In this document: in pieces, positions 25,448 to 34,241 of the stretch
Layout: each line of letters begins with the position of its first letter
Position numbering within the stretch: position 1 is the first letter of the stretch
From: a virus
Virus record (IMG/VR): IMGVR_UViG_3300036795_000133
Span: 1-50,084 of that record
Direction: 5' to 3' (one strand)
Length of the DNA stretch: 50,084 nucleotides
Notes under the pieces: model-generated
What the model saw: the letters and a program-made list of their open reading frames with translations, nothing else
Told to the model about the DNA's origin: nothing
The model's database searches: none
Position numbers and translations under genes: made by a program

Positions 25448-26037
25448 CCACCCTGAATGCAGACGTTGGCGCGGCTGAACGGGTACAGAGGTCAGATTCC
25501 TGGCGTGCGGACTTCATCAGGCGCAACGGCTTCCGCTGCCACTACTGCAACCGGAGCGGCGGCATCGACACCGATCCTGATGGCCGCGCGTGGCACGTGG
25601 ACCACATGCACCCTGTTTCCAGGGGCGGTCCAGACGAGGACGGCAATCTTGCACTCGCCTGCAAGCGCTGCAACCTGACTAAGGGCGCACAGCTTTATGA
25701 CCTGTTTCGCGAGTTCGCGCGGGTGGCCTTCTGGGTGCCGGACGACTGGCGGGTCTCCGAGGGCGTGCTCGACTCGCTGATGGACGGCTACGCCAGATGG
25801 GGAGACGAGTTCGAGCGTAACGGAGGGTGGAAGGTTGATCTCCGCGAGAAGGCGATTAGCATCATCGACCCGGACCAGTCGTTCGAACCCTTGCTGAAAC
25901 TGGCAGGGAGCTACCACTGCGAGCGGCGTGCTTACGTCAACGTCCTTTACCTGGTAGCCGAAATGTACGAGGCACTCCCGGCGATGATCGCCGAGATCCG
26001 GATGCACCGCGCAGCGGAGCGAGGCGATGCCGCATGA
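25444..26037 (+). CDS. HNH endonuclease
   Basis: CHYC...HVDHMHPVSRGG...NLALACKRCNLTK. Confidence 0.9.
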   Translation: MTTLNADVGAAERVQRSDSWRADFIRRNGFRCHYCNRSGGIDTDPDGRAWHVDHMHPVSRGGPDEDGNLALACKRCNLTKGAQLYDLFREFARVAFWVPDDWRVSEGVLDSLMDGYARWGDEFERNGGWKVDLREKAISIIDPDQSFEPLLKLAGSYHCERRAYVNVLYLVAEMYEALPAMIAEIRMHRAAERGDAA

Positions 26038-26180
26038 ACTGGCTCAACATCCAGGAGGCCGCGGGGATGCTCGCCGCCATGTTCCTGGTCTTCGCGGGTC
26101 TGTGGTGGGGCTTCCCCGGTCCTGTGTTCCGGTCCCTGATGCGGAGGGTGTCGCAGGGGCGGAGGGGCAGCGCGAGATGA
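26034..26180 (+). CDS. Small membrane protein (not in ORF track)
   Basis: MNWLNIQEAAGMLAAMFLVFAGLWWGFPG...; ATGA coupling at both ends. Confidence 0.5.
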   Translation: MNWLNIQEAAGMLAAMFLVFAGLWWGFPGPVFRSLMRRVSQGRRGSAR

Positions 26181-27004
26181 GCCTGTTCTGGAGCGACTAC
26201 GGCGACTGCTGGGAGCCGGAGGGCGGCGGGCGGCGCGAGTGGCGGTACCTGCTGCCGGGCGACCTGGTCGTCTTCGAGCGGAAGGTGCAGCGCGTCCGCG
26301 AGGTGCGCCCCGTTCCGGTTATCGACTGGGACGAGGACGACCGTGAGGCGTACAAGACGTGGAACCGCGACAAAGCCGGCGAAGAGGACTGGCGGTTCCG
26401 GCCCGTGTACCTGCTCGTCGTGCCCGTGCGCGGAGGGAAGAGCCGTCACCTTAAGGTGCGCCCGTCGGCGGGGCTTCACCGCGGGGCCTACGTCCTGCAC
26501 CCGCACTACCCGGTGTGCGTTGACTGCGGGGAGCCGTGGCCGTGCCCTGAGATCGGCATCAACCGGGAGGTCAAGGAGCAGTCCGCCGAGGTTGAGCGGC
26601 TGTCGCGGGTCATGCCGGGCTGCTGCTGGAACTGCGGGAAGCCGGTGACGAGCCGGCAGAAGTCGATCGCATTCGAGGGCGAGAACCTGCTGCTGCCCGG
26701 CGCGCCGTCCGTGGTCTTCCACATGCGGGGCGGGAGTCCCTACTGCTCGTCTGCTGCCGTGAGCTACGAGAAGAAGTGGGTGGCGGCAGACCCGGGCAGG
26801 CACCCGCGGCTTTACTGCCCGGGGCGCCTGATCGTGCACGTTGACGCCCCGGAGTGCACCGAGGACCCGTTCTGCCCTGGCACCGGGGTGAACCACGCGG
26901 GCTTCTGGAACCACCGGGCCAGCGCCGCGTACGTCCGGGGCTGCCTGCGGTGCATGGACGCCTGCGCCGTGCAGGGGATCACCGTCCCGGAGGCCTCGGA
27001 GTGA
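26177..27004 (+). CDS. Hypothetical Cys-rich protein
   Basis: ATG 26177; CVDC..WPC, CWNC, CLRC. Confidence 0.65.
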   Translation: MSLFWSDYGDCWEPEGGGRREWRYLLPGDLVVFERKVQRVREVRPVPVIDWDEDDREAYKTWNRDKAGEEDWRFRPVYLLVVPVRGGKSRHLKVRPSAGLHRGAYVLHPHYPVCVDCGEPWPCPEIGINREVKEQSAEVERLSRVMPGCCWNCGKPVTSRQKSIAFEGENLLLPGAPSVVFHMRGGSPYCSSAAVSYEKKWVAADPGRHPRLYCPGRLIVHVDAPECTEDPFCPGTGVNHAGFWNHRASAAYVRGCLRCMDACAVQGITVPEASE

Positions 27005-27321
27005 CCGTAACCATGCCCTTCGCCCCCCTTCTCCCCCTGCTGTCCGCCGTGCTGTGGACTGCTTCGGTGGCAGTGTGCGTGAGGAGCGGGTGCGTCCTTG
27101 CGCTGTTCTTTCTAACCCGTCGCGAGGAGATGTTCCCGCGGGTGCTCGGGTGGACGGGAACTGCGTACGGGACGGTCTCGGCGACCCTGTTCTCCGTCGG
27201 GTGGTGGCAGGCCGGGGTGTTCCTCGGCGTCATGGCGGCGGGGTGCGGGGTGCTGTGGCGGCGGGGGCGGAACGACCGGAAGGCGGGGCGGGAGATGCCG
27301 CAGGAGCCTACGATCCCGTAA
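27001..27321 (+). CDS. Membrane protein
   Basis: About three hydrophobic segments; GTGA coupling. Confidence 0.55.
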   Translation: MTVTMPFAPLLPLLSAVLWTASVAVCVRSGCVLALFFLTRREEMFPRVLGWTGTAYGTVSATLFSVGWWQAGVFLGVMAAGCGVLWRRGRNDRKAGREMPQEPTIP

Positions 27322-27330
27322 CAGGATAAA

Positions 27331-27358
27331 CGCGCCCGGTCACCAGAGACCGGGCGCG
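27331..27358 (+). terminator. Hairpin
   Basis: CGCGCCCGGTC-ACCAGA-GACCGGGCGCG, 11-bp stem. Confidence 0.5.
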
Positions 27359-27395
27359 GAGACAGCGGTAACACCAAGCAAAAGGGAGTCTAGCA

Positions 27396-28337
27396 GTGAC
27401 GACAGAGACAGTCCTTAACCCGTTCGCCTCCGCGGAAGGTGTCCCGGAGCCCGTCCCCGAGCCTGCGGAGATCCGCGCGGAGATGACCGAGATCACCCCG
27501 GACATGGCCCTGGAGTGGATGGAGCGCCACCGTAAGGTCGTGTCGGCGAACCGCGTGGCGAACGGCGGGAAGGCAAGGGACAACCGGAAGATCCGCTGGG
27601 GGGACGACGGGGTAGCCGGGTACGCGCGGGACATGAGGGCCGGCAAGTGGAAGCGCAACGGCGAGACGGTCAAGATCGCCCGCGACGGCACTGTCCCGGA
27701 CGGCCAGCACCGCCTGTACGCGTGCATGGAGGCGAAGGTCCCGTTCTGGTCCCTGGTCGTCACCGGGGTAGAGCCGGAAGACCAGGACACGATCGACATC
27801 GGGATCGGGCGGAAGTTCGCCGACCAGCTCGCGATCAGGAACGAGCCGAACGCCGTCGTTCTCGCCTCGGTGACCCGGTGGTCGCTGCGCTGGCTGCACG
27901 GCATGCGCGGCGGCACGGCAGGCGGGGGCGCCGGGAACTACAAGCCGACCCAGCAGGAGATGCTCGAGTTCCTCGCCGTCACCCCGCATCTGCGGGACGC
28001 CACCGTGTGGGCGGTGCACGCCCGGCAGTCGTTCAAGTCGGTACGCGCCAGCGTCTTCGGCATGGCGTGGATCCTGCTCAACGGCACCGACCCGATCGCG
28101 GCGCAGGTGTTCCTCGAGCGGGTGCTGGACGGCGCAGACCTGCCCTCAGGTCACCCGGTGCTCGCGTTCCGGGCGAGGATCTGGAACTCCGTGGAGAACC
28201 AGGAGCGCCTGTCCGAGCAGGAGCAGCTAGCCCTGATGATCCTCGCCTGGAACGCATGGCGGAAAGGCGGGGAGCTGAGCAGGATGCAGCTTCCCAAGGG
28301 CGGGCTGACCGCGAAGAACTTCCCGGAACCCAAGTAG
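27396..28337 (+). CDS. ParB/Srx-fold DGQHR-motif protein
   Basis: ITPDMALEW...NR...YARDM..GKW..NGE...DGQHRL. Confidence 0.75.
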   Translation: MTTETVLNPFASAEGVPEPVPEPAEIRAEMTEITPDMALEWMERHRKVVSANRVANGGKARDNRKIRWGDDGVAGYARDMRAGKWKRNGETVKIARDGTVPDGQHRLYACMEAKVPFWSLVVTGVEPEDQDTIDIGIGRKFADQLAIRNEPNAVVLASVTRWSLRWLHGMRGGTAGGGAGNYKPTQQEMLEFLAVTPHLRDATVWAVHARQSFKSVRASVFGMAWILLNGTDPIAAQVFLERVLDGADLPSGHPVLAFRARIWNSVENQERLSEQEQLALMILAWNAWRKGGELSRMQLPKGGLTAKNFPEPK

Positions 28338-28348
28338 CGAGGCGCGAC

Positions 28349-28774
28349 ATGAAGACGAAGATCATCGAGGGCGTGCAGGATCTGAAGGTGCCGGGCAACT
28401 GGGGTAAGTTCCTCGTCGCTGAGCCCGATGTCGAGTTCACGCGCAGGAGCCAGGTCAACACCGAGTACGCCGGGTCACTGCTGACGTCGATCGGCTGGAC
28501 GTGGCAGCACGTCTGGGTGCTTGACCTCCAGACAGGCGAGGGCGCGTTCTTCCGCCCCGGAGGACTGGCACACGCTGACCTGGAGAAACATGCTATTTGG
28601 GTTTGCCCTCTGTTCGAGCCTTTCCTTGAGTGGCTGTACGAGCGGTACCGGGAGACCGGGGAGTTGGACCTTGACGAACTGCCGGAAGTCGTGGAACTGC
28701 CCGGCGCGGAGTTCGCGTTCGCGGGATACCGGCGGCCGGGTCCGGCCGAGCAGGAAGCGGAGACGGGATCATGA
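28349..28774 (+). CDS. Hypothetical protein
   Basis: ATG 28349; globular sequence NWGKFLV...VLDLQTGEGA...WVCPLFEPFLEWLY. Confidence 0.7.
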   Translation: MKTKIIEGVQDLKVPGNWGKFLVAEPDVEFTRRSQVNTEYAGSLLTSIGWTWQHVWVLDLQTGEGAFFRPGGLAHADLEKHAIWVCPLFEPFLEWLYERYRETGELDLDELPEVVELPGAEFAFAGYRRPGPAEQEAETGS

Positions 28775-29406
28775 AGAACTGGCTGTTCCCTTACGGGGCC
28801 TGGTACGTGCTGGCGGCATGGGCCGCTCTCACCGCAGTGCCGGCCGCCGCCTCCGGTGACATCTCCAACGCGGCCGGCTGCTCGCTTGTCTCAACCGTTA
28901 TCGGCGTACTCGCGATCAGGTCGCGGGTGCGCTGGTCGAGGTCCGGGGAGAAGGCACTCCGCGCCGAGATGATCCGGCTCGTCGACGAGCGGTCCGGGTC
29001 CGCGGTCCCCGCGTGGCTGAACCGGGACGCGCGCCTGCTGTTCAACGCGGACTACAGGCGCGTGGGCGGGTTGCGGGAGTGGTCGCTGATGGTGATCGAC
29101 GAGGACCAGCTCCGCGACGTAGAAGACGCGCGTGACGCCGGAGGGGGGAAGGTGGCGGCGACGTTCACTTCGTACCGGGCTCACCCGGCGATCTCCCGGG
29201 TGATGCGGCGGGCAGACGGGACTACCGCTCTGGTGACGGCAGCCGACGTCGAGCAGGCGGACCCTGACGAGCATGAGCCGTGGCTGCGGAGTTTCGCGGG
29301 GATGGTGCGGACGATCCGGGCCGGGCTCGCGTTCGCCGACGCAGCCGAGCTTGGCGAGGTAGTCGCGCAGTTCCGGGACGCCGAGCCGATCTCGCCGGAC
29401 GCCTGA
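28771..29406 (+). CDS. Membrane protein (2 TM plus cytoplasmic domain)
   Basis: ATGA coupling; N-terminal hydrophobic helices. Confidence 0.65.
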   Translation: MKNWLFPYGAWYVLAAWAALTAVPAAASGDISNAAGCSLVSTVIGVLAIRSRVRWSRSGEKALRAEMIRLVDERSGSAVPAWLNRDARLLFNADYRRVGGLREWSLMVIDEDQLRDVEDARDAGGGKVAATFTSYRAHPAISRVMRRADGTTALVTAADVEQADPDEHEPWLRSFAGMVRTIRAGLAFADAAELGEVVAQFRDAEPISPDA

Positions 29407-29408
29407 CC

Positions 29409-29771
29409 GTGCGGGGATGGCGGCGGCTGGCTGTCCTGCTGGCCGCCGCCGCGTTCGGAGCATGGCCGCTGACTCAGGGAGACCTGGATGTTGCCCTGGT
29501 GTTCTGGGGCGTTATGGGCCTAGGGGCGGTGTACGCGGGGGTAGTGATGGCCAGGGTGAGGCGGGGTGGCGGGAGGCGTCAGAACGCTGACAGCACGCCC
29601 GCAAATTTCTCCGGTGATTCGGGGTTCCCGACGACCCGCCCCCAAACGTCGTACTGCTGCCCGGCTGTCAGCGTCACTACCCCGCCGCCAGGACCGACTA
29701 GGCACTGGGAGACGAAGCCTCTCCCGGTCCCGCCGAGCAGCCAGGACGCCGCGAACCAGGTCACAGGCTGA
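29409..29771 (+). CDS. Possible small membrane protein; 3' end overlaps the convergent tail gene
   Basis: Two hydrophobic helices; 190-nt antisense overlap lowers confidence. Confidence 0.35.
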   Translation: MRGWRRLAVLLAAAAFGAWPLTQGDLDVALVFWGVMGLGAVYAGVVMARVRRGGGRRQNADSTPANFSGDSGFPTTRPQTSYCCPAVSVTTPPPGPTRHWETKPLPVPPSSQDAANQVTG

Positions 29772-31858
29772 GCGGGCTCGGCGTAGTTCCCGCTGGTCGG
29801 TGGAAACGCGAAGTACACGGGAAGCTGAGGCTGGCCCGTAGTCTGTCCGGTCGGGTCGACCGATGTCCCGTCAAGGTCGGAGAGCCACAGGACGTTGACG
29901 CACTCCAGGCTTACCGCTGCTATCGGGCTGAACAGGGGCAACGAGAGCCTCCCTCTCGGGGTGCACGTCCACCGGGGAGCGCACGGGGTAACGGACCAGG
30001 CAACTGACGGCTCGGTAACCGGCGTGATGACCTGCGCGGACACGGTGAGCGTGCCGAGTCCGCCCAGGACTGCGGCGGCGGCGACCGTGAGGAACAGCCC
30101 TGCCGTCATGACGCCGGCACCGGACAGCGCCGCGCCGGTCGGCGACGCGACTGTGACGGCAGCCGCGATCGTCCCCGTGCCTGCTAGCGCGGCCGATGCG
30201 GGCAGTGTCACGGTGACCGCTGACAGCAGGAGCCCGGTACCGCTGAGCGCCGCAGCCGCGGGGACAGCGACGAGGGCCGCGGCCGTTACGGTGCCTGAGC
30301 CCGAGAGGGCGGCGGCTTGCGCGAGCACGAGGGAAGCGGCTGCGGCAATCGCCCCGGACCCGGAGAGGGCGGCACTGCCCTGCGCTAGGCCGGAGACAGT
30401 GCCCACGGCCGTCAGCGTCCCCGACCCGTCGAGCGCGGCCGAAGAGGTGAACTGAACGACCGCGCCGACGGTGAGCGTCCCCGACCCGGACAGGGCCGCC
30501 CCGGGTTCCATTGCCGGCATCGCCATGATGGCGGCCAGGGCGTCACTCACCCAGTCGTCATGCCAGGCGTGGCTGGCGTCAAGCGTGTCGTGGGCGCCGT
30601 TGAACAGGATTCCGGCCGAGGCCAGCCGCGTCATGTAGGCGCTCACGTCGGCCTGGAAGCTGTAGTAGCCGCCGACCCACAGCCGTGCTTCGGTGGTAAA
30701 GCTGCCGCCGGGTGCCCATGACGCCAGGTGGGCGGACGTCAGCTCGTAGTTGGTGGTGAAGTTCGCGCTGGTGCCGTAGCAGTCCTCCGGGTCACCGCCC
30801 ACCGCCGACCCGTAGGTGGGGTCGGTGCCGTCGTAGTCCGTCATCATGAACGGGGCGTCCCAGGACGCGCACGCCGCCCACACGTCCGGCCGGCGGAACT
30901 GGAGCCCCTGCCCGCCGATGCCGCTCTTGGAGAAGCCGATCAGGTAGTTCTTCTCCCCGCCGCTCGCGAACGAGGAAGTCGACATCCACGCCGCGAGGGC
31001 GAGCATGAACGACTCCTGCGACTGCTGGGTGTTCCCGGGATTGTCCGCGTACCACGGCTGAATGGGGAACGAGGGGACCACGGCGGTCGTGTTGTAGGCG
31101 TTGCACGCGCCGAGGTCCTCCATGACGGTCAGCGGGTCGCCGAACGTCGCGTCCGTACCCGTGGAAACCGGCAGCATGAACAGGAAAGAGTGCGCGTAGG
31201 AGCCGGAGCCGGAGGTCGGCGGGAGAATCCGCAGGGTGCTCGCCGACGGGCCGTTGAGGGCACTGGTGGCGGTCCACGTCTGCACCCCGTTCCCGTCGGT
31301 GCTCACGAACGTGGCCTCGAACGCAGGAGGAGTCTCGCTGACCTCGACGTCGATCCACCAGTTGGCGCCGTCGAACAGCGTGGCCGGGAACGCGAGAGAC
31401 GACCCGAGGTTGTACCAGCCCTGGCTGCCCGCGCCCCCTGGCGCGGTGAGCGCCCCGGAGGTGACGCCGCCCGAGCCCGCCCCGGTAGTCCAGTACGCGG
31501 CGTCGTACAGGTACCAGTCGGAGCCGGCGGCGGCGCCGTTGAGAACGGCGGCCATGTAAGCCGTGCCGGAAGACAGTGACGGCGGGGAGGTGAACGCGGC
31601 CCGCACCCAGCCGGATTCGGCCGCCCCGGACCATGATGCGGACTCCGAGTGGACTAGTACCTGGTCATCCGCCGTGAACAGGGCGATCACCTGCGGAAGG
31701 CCGTCCGCGTCATCCTGGCCGAACGCGCCGCTGTAGAACCTGACGGCACCCAGCTGCGCCGGCACCGACACGCTGACCTTGACGCCGAGCGTGGCATCCT
31801 GGGCCGTCCCGCCGCCGTTTCCCGCGACGGTGCCGTCACTGAAGAGGGTATCCGTCAT
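29579..31858 (-). CDS. Tail-associated protein: DUF4082-like domain + alpha/beta hydrolase + ALSGSGTL repeats
   Basis: LGVKV...AVRFY...SGW...NWWIDVEV; nucleophile elbow GFSKSG, HAWH; ~21-aa repeats. Confidence 0.7.
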   Translation of the reverse strand: MTDTLFSDGTVAGNGGGTAQDATLGVKVSVSVPAQLGAVRFYSGAFGQDDADGLPQVIALFTADDQVLVHSESASWSGAAESGWVRAAFTSPPSLSSGTAYMAAVLNGAAAGSDWYLYDAAYWTTGAGSGGVTSGALTAPGGAGSQGWYNLGSSLAFPATLFDGANWWIDVEVSETPPAFEATFVSTDGNGVQTWTATSALNGPSASTLRILPPTSGSGSYAHSFLFMLPVSTGTDATFGDPLTVMEDLGACNAYNTTAVVPSFPIQPWYADNPGNTQQSQESFMLALAAWMSTSSFASGGEKNYLIGFSKSGIGGQGLQFRRPDVWAACASWDAPFMMTDYDGTDPTYGSAVGGDPEDCYGTSANFTTNYELTSAHLASWAPGGSFTTEARLWVGGYYSFQADVSAYMTRLASAGILFNGAHDTLDASHAWHDDWVSDALAAIMAMPAMEPGAALSGSGTLTVGAVVQFTSSAALDGSGTLTAVGTVSGLAQGSAALSGSGAIAAAASLVLAQAAALSGSGTVTAAALVAVPAAAALSGTGLLLSAVTVTLPASAALAGTGTIAAAVTVASPTGAALSGAGVMTAGLFLTVAAAAVLGGLGTLTVSAQVITPVTEPSVAWSVTPCAPRWTCTPRGRLSLPLFSPIAAVSLECVNVLWLSDLDGTSVDPTGQTTGQPQLPVYFAFPPTSGNYAEPAQPVTWFAASWLLGGTGRGFVSQCLVGPGGGVVTLTAGQQYDVWGRVVGNPESPEKFAGVLSAF

Positions 31859-32083
31859 CAGCAGCCGCCCCCGCTCATCGCCTGGCTGGAAACCTGCGAG
31901 CTGCTAGCGGCACCGTCGGCCGGGCTCGCGCGGAAGCCGGTCGCCATCAGTTACCTGGCCGCTGGTCCAGGCAGGCCGGGACGCCGCCTGCTGGCCGGCA
32001 AGTCGTCATGCCGCCCCGCCCTCCTTTCAGGTAGGGCAGGTCAGGTACCTACCACGAGGCTCCGCTCGACGCTAGCCACGGCC

Positions 32084-32563
32084 CTACCAATTTGCCCCGG
32101 ACGCCGACAGCGAAGCCGGGGCAAAACTCACCGTGTCCCCGTTGACGACCACGCTGGCCCCGATGGCGACGCTGAGCGGCCCCCACAGGTAGCGGATCGC
32201 AGTGGACGCCGAGTCCCAGATCTCGATCCCCGCCACCCCGAGCGTCCACGTGCCGGTCGCCGTCCACGTCAGGGTGCTGCCTGGTGCCGTGCTGGCACCG
32301 GAGGTGAACGTGCCGAACGCGCTGCTCCCGAGGCTCAGCCCGCCGGACGGGTACCCGCCGGTGTAACCGGGACTGGTGCCGGAGACGTTCTCAGTGCCCG
32401 TCGCTGTCTCGGTGCCCGTCGTGGAGAACAGGTGCAGCCGGAACGGCGGGGTGACCGTGAACGCTGACCCGCCGCCGGTGCCGGGCGTGATCGTGAACGT
32501 CGCCGAGGACGTGAACAGGGCGGAGAGGATCTTGTTGACCAGCGTCTGGTCCATCATGCCCAT
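32084..32563 (-). CDS. Minor tail protein (paralog A)
   Basis: LHLFST.GTET..GTE....GY...WTATGTW....GIEIWD...NGDTV. Confidence 0.7.
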   Translation of the reverse strand: MGMMDQTLVNKILSALFTSSATFTITPGTGGGSAFTVTPPFRLHLFSTTGTETATGTENVSGTSPGYTGGYPSGGLSLGSSAFGTFTSGASTAPGSTLTWTATGTWTLGVAGIEIWDSASTAIRYLWGPLSVAIGASVVVNGDTVSFAPASLSASGANW

Positions 32564-32781
32564 CAGCCGGACACCTGCCCGACCTCGGCCATGAAGGTAA
32601 ACGCCAGGGGGTAGTGCCCTGTCTCCGGGTGCGGCTGGCAGTCGTCGGCGTGCGAGTGCCGCAGGGCCGTGCGGTCGGTCAGCGCATGTTGTCCGGTAGC
32701 CGGGTCCTGCGTGACAGCCGGGTGACCCGGCCCCGCGATGTCGAACGTCCCGCAGTTGGTACAGGCCACGTGGATCGACAT
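32563..32781 (-). CDS. Small Cys/His protein
   Basis: MSIHVACTNC...HSHADDC; purine-rich RBS. Confidence 0.6.
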   Translation of the reverse strand: MSIHVACTNCGTFDIAGPGHPAVTQDPATGQHALTDRTALRHSHADDCQPHPETGHYPLAFTFMAEVGQVSG

Positions 32782-32815
32782 GGTTTCCCCTTTCTTCCCT
32801 GGTCCTAGGCGCCGC

Positions 32816-33286
32816 TCACCACGAGCCGGCATTCAGAGTGACCGCCGCGGCGGCCATGACTACCGAGTCACCGTTAGTGACTCCCGTTACAGGGCTGGTC
32901 AGCGCTCCCTGGAGCCAGCGCAGGGGCGTAGCGGCGGTGTCCCAGATCTCGATCCCGCCAACCGTTGTCCAGGTGCCCGTCGCGTTCCAGGTGACCGTGT
33001 TGGCGTTCGACTGCGCGCCGGCGGAGGGGGCCGCGCAGAACTGGGTGCCGAGCGTGCTGCCTCCAGCCGTGTAGCCGGGGCAGTTGACGCTCGTCGCCTC
33101 GGTGCCGTTTGCGGTGTTCGACCCGGCCGCCGTCATCAGCCGCAGGTGGTACGGCGGGGAGATCGCGAAGCCCGACCCTCCCCCGGTGCCCGGGGTGAGG
33201 CTGCCGCCGGTGGCGGTGGCGGAGAACGCGGCCTGGAGAAACGAGTTCACGCGGTTCTGGTCGGTCATGCCGTAGGTGCTGGGCAT
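32816..33286 (-). CDS. Minor tail protein (paralog B)
   Basis: Clearly similar to 32084-32563 (TPGTGGGS, PGYT.G, WNATGTW, GIEIWD, NGD). Confidence 0.7.
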   Translation of the reverse strand: MPSTYGMTDQNRVNSFLQAAFSATATGGSLTPGTGGGSGFAISPPYHLRLMTAAGSNTANGTEATSVNCPGYTAGGSTLGTQFCAAPSAGAQSNANTVTWNATGTWTTVGGIEIWDTAATPLRWLQGALTSPVTGVTNGDSVVMAAAAVTLNAGSW

Positions 33287-33561
33287 CAGCCGCTCCCGGC
33301 GACCGCGTAGTGCGCGACGGGCCGGCAGACGCCGCAGCTAGGCGGACGCTCGGCAACGACATTCGGCTGAAGCTCAGGGAGTACGCCGGCGACGGGCGGG
33401 TTCCAGCAGGGGCCGTCGTGGCTCTCCCCCGGAACGCAGGCTGCCGCCTCTGCGCCGTGGTGGTGCCTCTCGGTGCAGCAGCCGCACCAGGTGGTCGCGT
33501 GCGGGTCAGCGCCGGGCGGCAGGTCAACCGCCGCTAGGCACTGCTTACAGGCGACTCTCAC
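33286..33561 (-). CDS. Small Cys/His-rich protein
   Basis: VRVACKQC...CGCCTERHHH...CGVCRPV; TACGCT 6 nt before GTG 33561. Confidence 0.6.
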   Translation of the reverse strand: MRVACKQCLAAVDLPPGADPHATTWCGCCTERHHHGAEAAACVPGESHDGPCWNPPVAGVLPELQPNVVAERPPSCGVCRPVAHYAVAGSG

Positions 33562-33580
33562 GTGCTCAGCGTAGCCCGGA

Positions 33581-33615
33581 TGCACGTGCAGATGCACGCT
33601 ACGACTGCACGTGCA
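33581..33615. promoter_or_regulatory. Paired palindromic operator-like sites TGCACGTGCA
   Basis: Perfect 10-bp palindromes at 33581-33590 and 33606-33615, partial copy at 33593, between divergent genes. Confidence 0.6.
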
Positions 33616-33703
33616 CGGATGTAGTTTCGGAAGCGGCAAGACTTGGTGAAGGAGCCGGCCGCCCAGGGCACCAGGCGGCTGTTAGGTAGTGTACGATTCG
33701 AAC

Positions 33704-34129
33704 ATGCCAGTACAGTTGAACGTATCGGTTCCCGATGACCTGATGGAATGGCTGGCCGCCGACGCAGAGCGGAACTTCCGCACCACTGAAGGCCAGGTTC
33801 TCTGGCTTCTCAAGAGCGCCCGGGGGCAGGCCCGGCTCGGCAGGGACAGCGAGGCAAAGCAAGTCCTGTCCATCGGACTGCGGAAACTTCACGAAGATGC
33901 CGGGGTGCCGAGCTTTCGCGTGATCGCCGAGCGCATCAGGCAACAGGGCGGCAATGTCGGTCACACAACTGTCTACGGTGCCATCCGGGGAGGCCAGTTG
34001 TCGTCATGGGCCATCGTGGAGAGCATCGTGACCGCGCTTGACGGAGACGTTGGGCACTTCCGGGCCTTGTGGGTGCAGGCCCGCAGCGGAAGGCGGCCTG
34101 AGCAGACCGAGAAGGAAAAGGAAGAATAG
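33704..34129 (+). CDS. Arc/RHH + XRE-HTH fusion regulator
   Basis: QLNVSVPDDLMEWLAADAERNFRTTEGQV (Arc-like); LRKLHEDAGVPSFRVIA...GHTTV...W..VESIV.AL (actinobacterial XRE); TACGAT 6 nt before ATG. Confidence 0.75.
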   Translation: MPVQLNVSVPDDLMEWLAADAERNFRTTEGQVLWLLKSARGQARLGRDSEAKQVLSIGLRKLHEDAGVPSFRVIAERIRQQGGNVGHTTVYGAIRGGQLSSWAIVESIVTALDGDVGHFRALWVQARSGRRPEQTEKEKEE

Positions 34130-34241
34130 CCAGGTTAAGCGCGGTCATGCCCATTTAGCGGTAAAATGTTCGAGTGTGCTGCGGCGGGCGTTAGGCACCC
34201 GCCGCAGCGTGCCAGACCTTTAAGCCAATGGAAGGTCCGAC

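Noticed and set aside
32084-33286. DGR template/variable repeat pair or invertible tail switch
   Set aside because: Paralogs differ throughout rather than only at adenines; no reverse transcriptase or invertase in the window
33698-34173. LexA/SOS boxes (TCGAAC at 33698, GTTCGA at ~34168)
   Set aside because: Only half-sites; no full GAAC-N4-GTTC dyad
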